Origin: Spirochaetaceae bacterium
GTDB lineage: Bacteria; Spirochaetota; Spirochaetia; DSM-2461
Assembly: GCA_051531975.1 (NCBI GenBank)
Contig: JAOPTT010000013.1
Span: 64,001-128,000 of the forward strand
Direction of reading: 5' to 3'
Length of the DNA: 64,000 bases
Shown here: piece after piece, positions 61,293 to 64,000 of the stretch
Numbering within the stretch: the stretch's first letter is position 1
How the letters are laid out: every line of letters starts with the position of its first letter
The notes under the pieces: model-generated
Databases searched by the model: none
What the model was told of the DNA's origin: nothing
Seen by the model: the letters and a program-made list of their open reading frames with translations, nothing else
Position numbers and translations under genes: made by a program

Positions 61293-61889
61293 ATGTCATT
61301 AGTCCCATTAGGATATTACAAAACAGAGATAGAGATTAAAAAGTCTAAATTCATTGGAATTGGAGTACCAATTTCTAGTCCAGAAGAGGCAAGAGATTTA
61401 TTAAAAGAAATTAGAGCACAATATTCTGATTCTAGGCATGTCTGCTACTGCTTCGTATGGGGTAAAAGTTCAACCCATATGGGAATGAGTGACGATGGAG
61501 AACCTAGTGGTACAGCTGGAAGGCCAATGTTAGAAGTTGTTAAAGGAACAGGATACGAAAATATATTAGTTGCTGCTGTTAGATATTTTGGCGGAATAAA
61601 GCTTGGGACTGGTGGGCTCGTTAAAGCTTATACACAGATTACAAAACTTGTTGTCGAAAATATAAAGGTTGAAGAGTTTATCAAGAAAATTGAGGCAGAG
61701 TTTATTACGCCCTATGGATTATATGATGTTATAAAAAAAGTAATAGAAGAATTCTCATGTGAAATATTAAACGAAACATTTTTGGTTGATATAAGAATAA
61801 TAGTAAATATACCAGAGATAAATATAGATGAATTTAAAATTAAAATAATGGATGTATCAAATGGTAAAATAAAACTAATTAGACATTAA
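61293..61889 (+). CDS. yigZ: YigZ/IMPACT-family protein
   Basis: IKKSKFI, DDGEPSGTAG, RYFGGIKLGTGGLVKAY. Confidence 0.93.
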   Translation: MSLVPLGYYKTEIEIKKSKFIGIGVPISSPEEARDLLKEIRAQYSDSRHVCYCFVWGKSSTHMGMSDDGEPSGTAGRPMLEVVKGTGYENILVAAVRYFGGIKLGTGGLVKAYTQITKLVVENIKVEEFIKKIEAEFITPYGLYDVIKKVIEEFSCEILNETFLVDIRIIVNIPEINIDEFKIKIMDVSNGKIKLIRH

Positions 61890-64000
61890 TTCTCTGTTAA
61901 TATGGTCAATTTTATTTGATAATACATTTGTAGAAGTTGTTTCAGGCATAAATTGTGTAAGACTTTGTATATAGCTCATCGCATTAGATAGTTCATCAAT
62001 ACTTACTTCTTTTTCTTGAATAGTTGCATCTATGTTTAATAGACCACTTTTACCTTCTAGTTTAGAGATTATAGTTCCAAGCTTTAGATTAACATTCTCT
62101 TTTTCCATGTAATTTGTCTGTTTTTCTGGTAAAAATGATGAAAGCACATCAAGATACTTAAGCATATCTGTAACTTCTTCCATTTCAAGGAGCTTATCTT
62201 CTTCAACTTCTTCATCTTCTGGATGCATTGAATCTAATGTCTCTTGTGGTTCTTCCTCAGCTTCAGTATCACTGTTTTCTATATCTTCAATTTCATCATC
62301 ATTAATATCTTCATCTTTGATTTCATTATCTTTGATATCTTCATCAACATCATCAACTAGATCAACTAGATCATCGTTATATAGATCTTCATCCTCTTCA
62401 TCGATAATGATCTCATCGTCTTCTGCTAAGTCTTCATCAACAATCAAAGAGTCTTCTATATCTTCTCCAACCTCTACTATCTCTGTTATATCTTCATTAA
62501 CTGATACCCCAGAGTTTACACTTCCATAGTTTAGAATATTGGTGAAGTCATCTTCTTCACTTTCAGCATATTTGGATTCGCTTTGCCTAGATCTTTCATT
62601 AACAGTTATTAAGCTTTTAATGTTCTCTTCTATCTGAGTATTTACTTCTAAGTTCTCCATTCTTTTTTCATAGTTTTGTAATGTTTTAAGTAGAGTATCT
62701 AAGCTCGCAGGATCCCCACTATTTGATTGAATTTCCATTATTTCATTAGTAATACCCATAGATTCTTCTTCTCGTCCAGTATTCATGTAAACACTTGATA
62801 ACATTTCTAAATCGTCTGAATTTGTAGGATCCACTTCCAAAATATCTTTTAATATCGTTTCGGCTTCCTCTAGTTTACTTTGTTTATATAGACTTGTGGT
62901 AAGGTTTCTTTTTGCAGAAATACTTTCTGGTTCTATATCTATAAGTTTAGTAAAAAGCTTTTCTGCCTGTACATAATTCTTTTTTTCTAGATTTATATCT
63001 GCTACCCTTTTTAGAGTTTCACTGTCTGTGGGTTCATTCTCCAGCACTTTATTTAGATATTTTTGTGTCTCAACAATGTTATCTTTTTGAGCGTATATAA
63101 TAGCCAAATTTTTAGGTATAGATGAGTTATCAACTTCTTCAATTGATTTTAATACCTCTTCAGCGCCACTATAATCTTCTATATTTATATATGCTTCTCC
63201 AAGTTCAATTGCTGATTCATAGTCAGTTGGAAATTGTGTTGTGTGCCTTTTTAGTTCTTCAGCTAAAATTGCTGATTCATTTGACTTATCGTATATATCA
63301 CATAGATTTCTTGAAGACTTATAATGAGCAGGATCATTTTTAAGAGTTTTTTTCAGATAAACTTTTGCTTGTTCTTTATCACCTAATTTTGAGTAGACAT
63401 ATCCTATATTATTTGTAGCTTGAACATTGCTTGAGTCATTAGTAAGTATTTTTTCAAACATCTCAATAGCATCACTGTTTTCACCTTTTTGTTCTTTTAT
63501 TATTGCAAGGTTATTTAAACAAGGGATCCAATTTGGCTTATATTTTAATATTTCAGTAAACTCTTTTTCTGCTAAATCTACATTTCCATTTTTTTCAAGA
63601 TATAATCCATAATTAAACCGTAATTTATAGTTGTTTGGGTCGCTTGATAATCCTTTTTCATAGATTTGTTCAAGTTCTTCAAACCTTTCTGATAACTCCA
63701 GTGCTGTGGATAAATTTGTATAACTCTGATGAAAATGTGGATCAATTTCTATTGCATTTTTATACTCTATTATAGCTTCATCGTACTCTTGTTCATTTTT
63801 TAATAAGTTACCAACATTAAAATGTATATCTGCTCTATCTGGATCGATAGAAAGTGCTTTATTGAATGCTCTAGATGCCTTTCCAAAATTACCCATTTTT
63901 CTGTGGATAATTCCAAGATTATTATATGTTTCAGCTGAATCAGGATTTATGTCAATTGCTTTCTCAAAACATTTAATAGATTCATCAGACTTTGATAATT
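61875..64000 (-). CDS. TPR-repeat protein with acidic low-complexity region (5' end beyond the window)
   Basis: Many TPR repeats; the frame stays open from 63896 to the window edge (KCFEKAIDINPDSAETYNNLG). Confidence 0.88.
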   Translation of the reverse strand, partial: LSKSDESIKCFEKAIDINPDSAETYNNLGIIHRKMGNFGKASRAFNKALSIDPDRADIHFNVGNLLKNEQEYDEAIIEYKNAIEIDPHFHQSYTNLSTALELSERFEELEQIYEKGLSSDPNNYKLRFNYGLYLEKNGNVDLAEKEFTEILKYKPNWIPCLNNLAIIKEQKGENSDAIEMFEKILTNDSSNVQATNNIGYVYSKLGDKEQAKVYLKKTLKNDPAHYKSSRNLCDIYDKSNESAILAEELKRHTTQFPTDYESAIELGEAYINIEDYSGAEEVLKSIEEVDNSSIPKNLAIIYAQKDNIVETQKYLNKVLENEPTDSETLKRVADINLEKKNYVQAEKLFTKLIDIEPESISAKRNLTTSLYKQSKLEEAETILKDILEVDPTNSDDLEMLSSVYMNTGREEESMGITNEIMEIQSNSGDPASLDTLLKTLQNYEKRMENLEVNTQIEENIKSLITVNERSRQSESKYAESEEDDFTNILNYGSVNSGVSVNEDITEIVEVGEDIEDSLIVDEDLAEDDEIIIDEEDEDLYNDDLVDLVDDVDEDIKDNEIKDEDINDDEIEDIENSDTEAEEEPQETLDSMHPEDEEVEEDKLLEMEEVTDMLKYLDVLSSFLPEKQTNYMEKENVNLKLGTIISKLEGKSGLLNIDATIQEKEVSIDELSNAMSYIQSLTQFMPETTSTNVLSNKIDHINRELMSN

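Noticed and set aside
62200..62500. TCATCA/TCTTCA repeats
   Set aside because: They reflect the Asp/Glu-rich low-complexity protein segment
63705..63910. Two TGTGGATAA DnaA-box matches in the TPR gene
   Set aside because: About 200 bp apart in coding sequence with no AT tract or trios; plausibly chance

Overview
AT-rich bacterial chromosome window containing the replication-origin region. The gene order (dnaA-dnaN-recF-dciA-rpmH-rnpA-yidC-jag on one strand, gyrB-gyrA divergent), a 51-aa L34 and a FANG-type signal peptide suggest a free-living spirochaete (inference). The left third is accessory: TetR plus an MMPL transporter, a 2273-aa propeller/PAS hybrid kinase, and a YesMN-type two-component system with a sugar-type ABC importer, two FAD-dependent oxidoreductases and a duplicated binding protein but no glycosidase. 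The rest is mostly core: thrC, aspartokinase, murA, rlmE, the origin genes, parAB with two parS sites, a MoxR operon, three tRNA-Ser, SRP RNA, dnaX-ybaB-recR, a D,D-carboxypeptidase and NfeD/SPFH genes. The most notable signals are: (1) the orphan oxidative catabolic locus at 11.5-23.5 kb; (2) a Bacillus-like DnaA-trio unwinding module between dnaA and dnaN, plus a separate DnaA-box cluster downstream of jag; (3) an A12 tract in dnaX with immediate stops in both shifted frames; (4) a TTGTC array phased every 19 bp between tRNA genes; (5) many apparently leaderless genes; (6) a Cys-to-Asp MurA. No CRISPR array, IS, integrase or prophage was seen. All calls come from reading the sequence; no database search was run.
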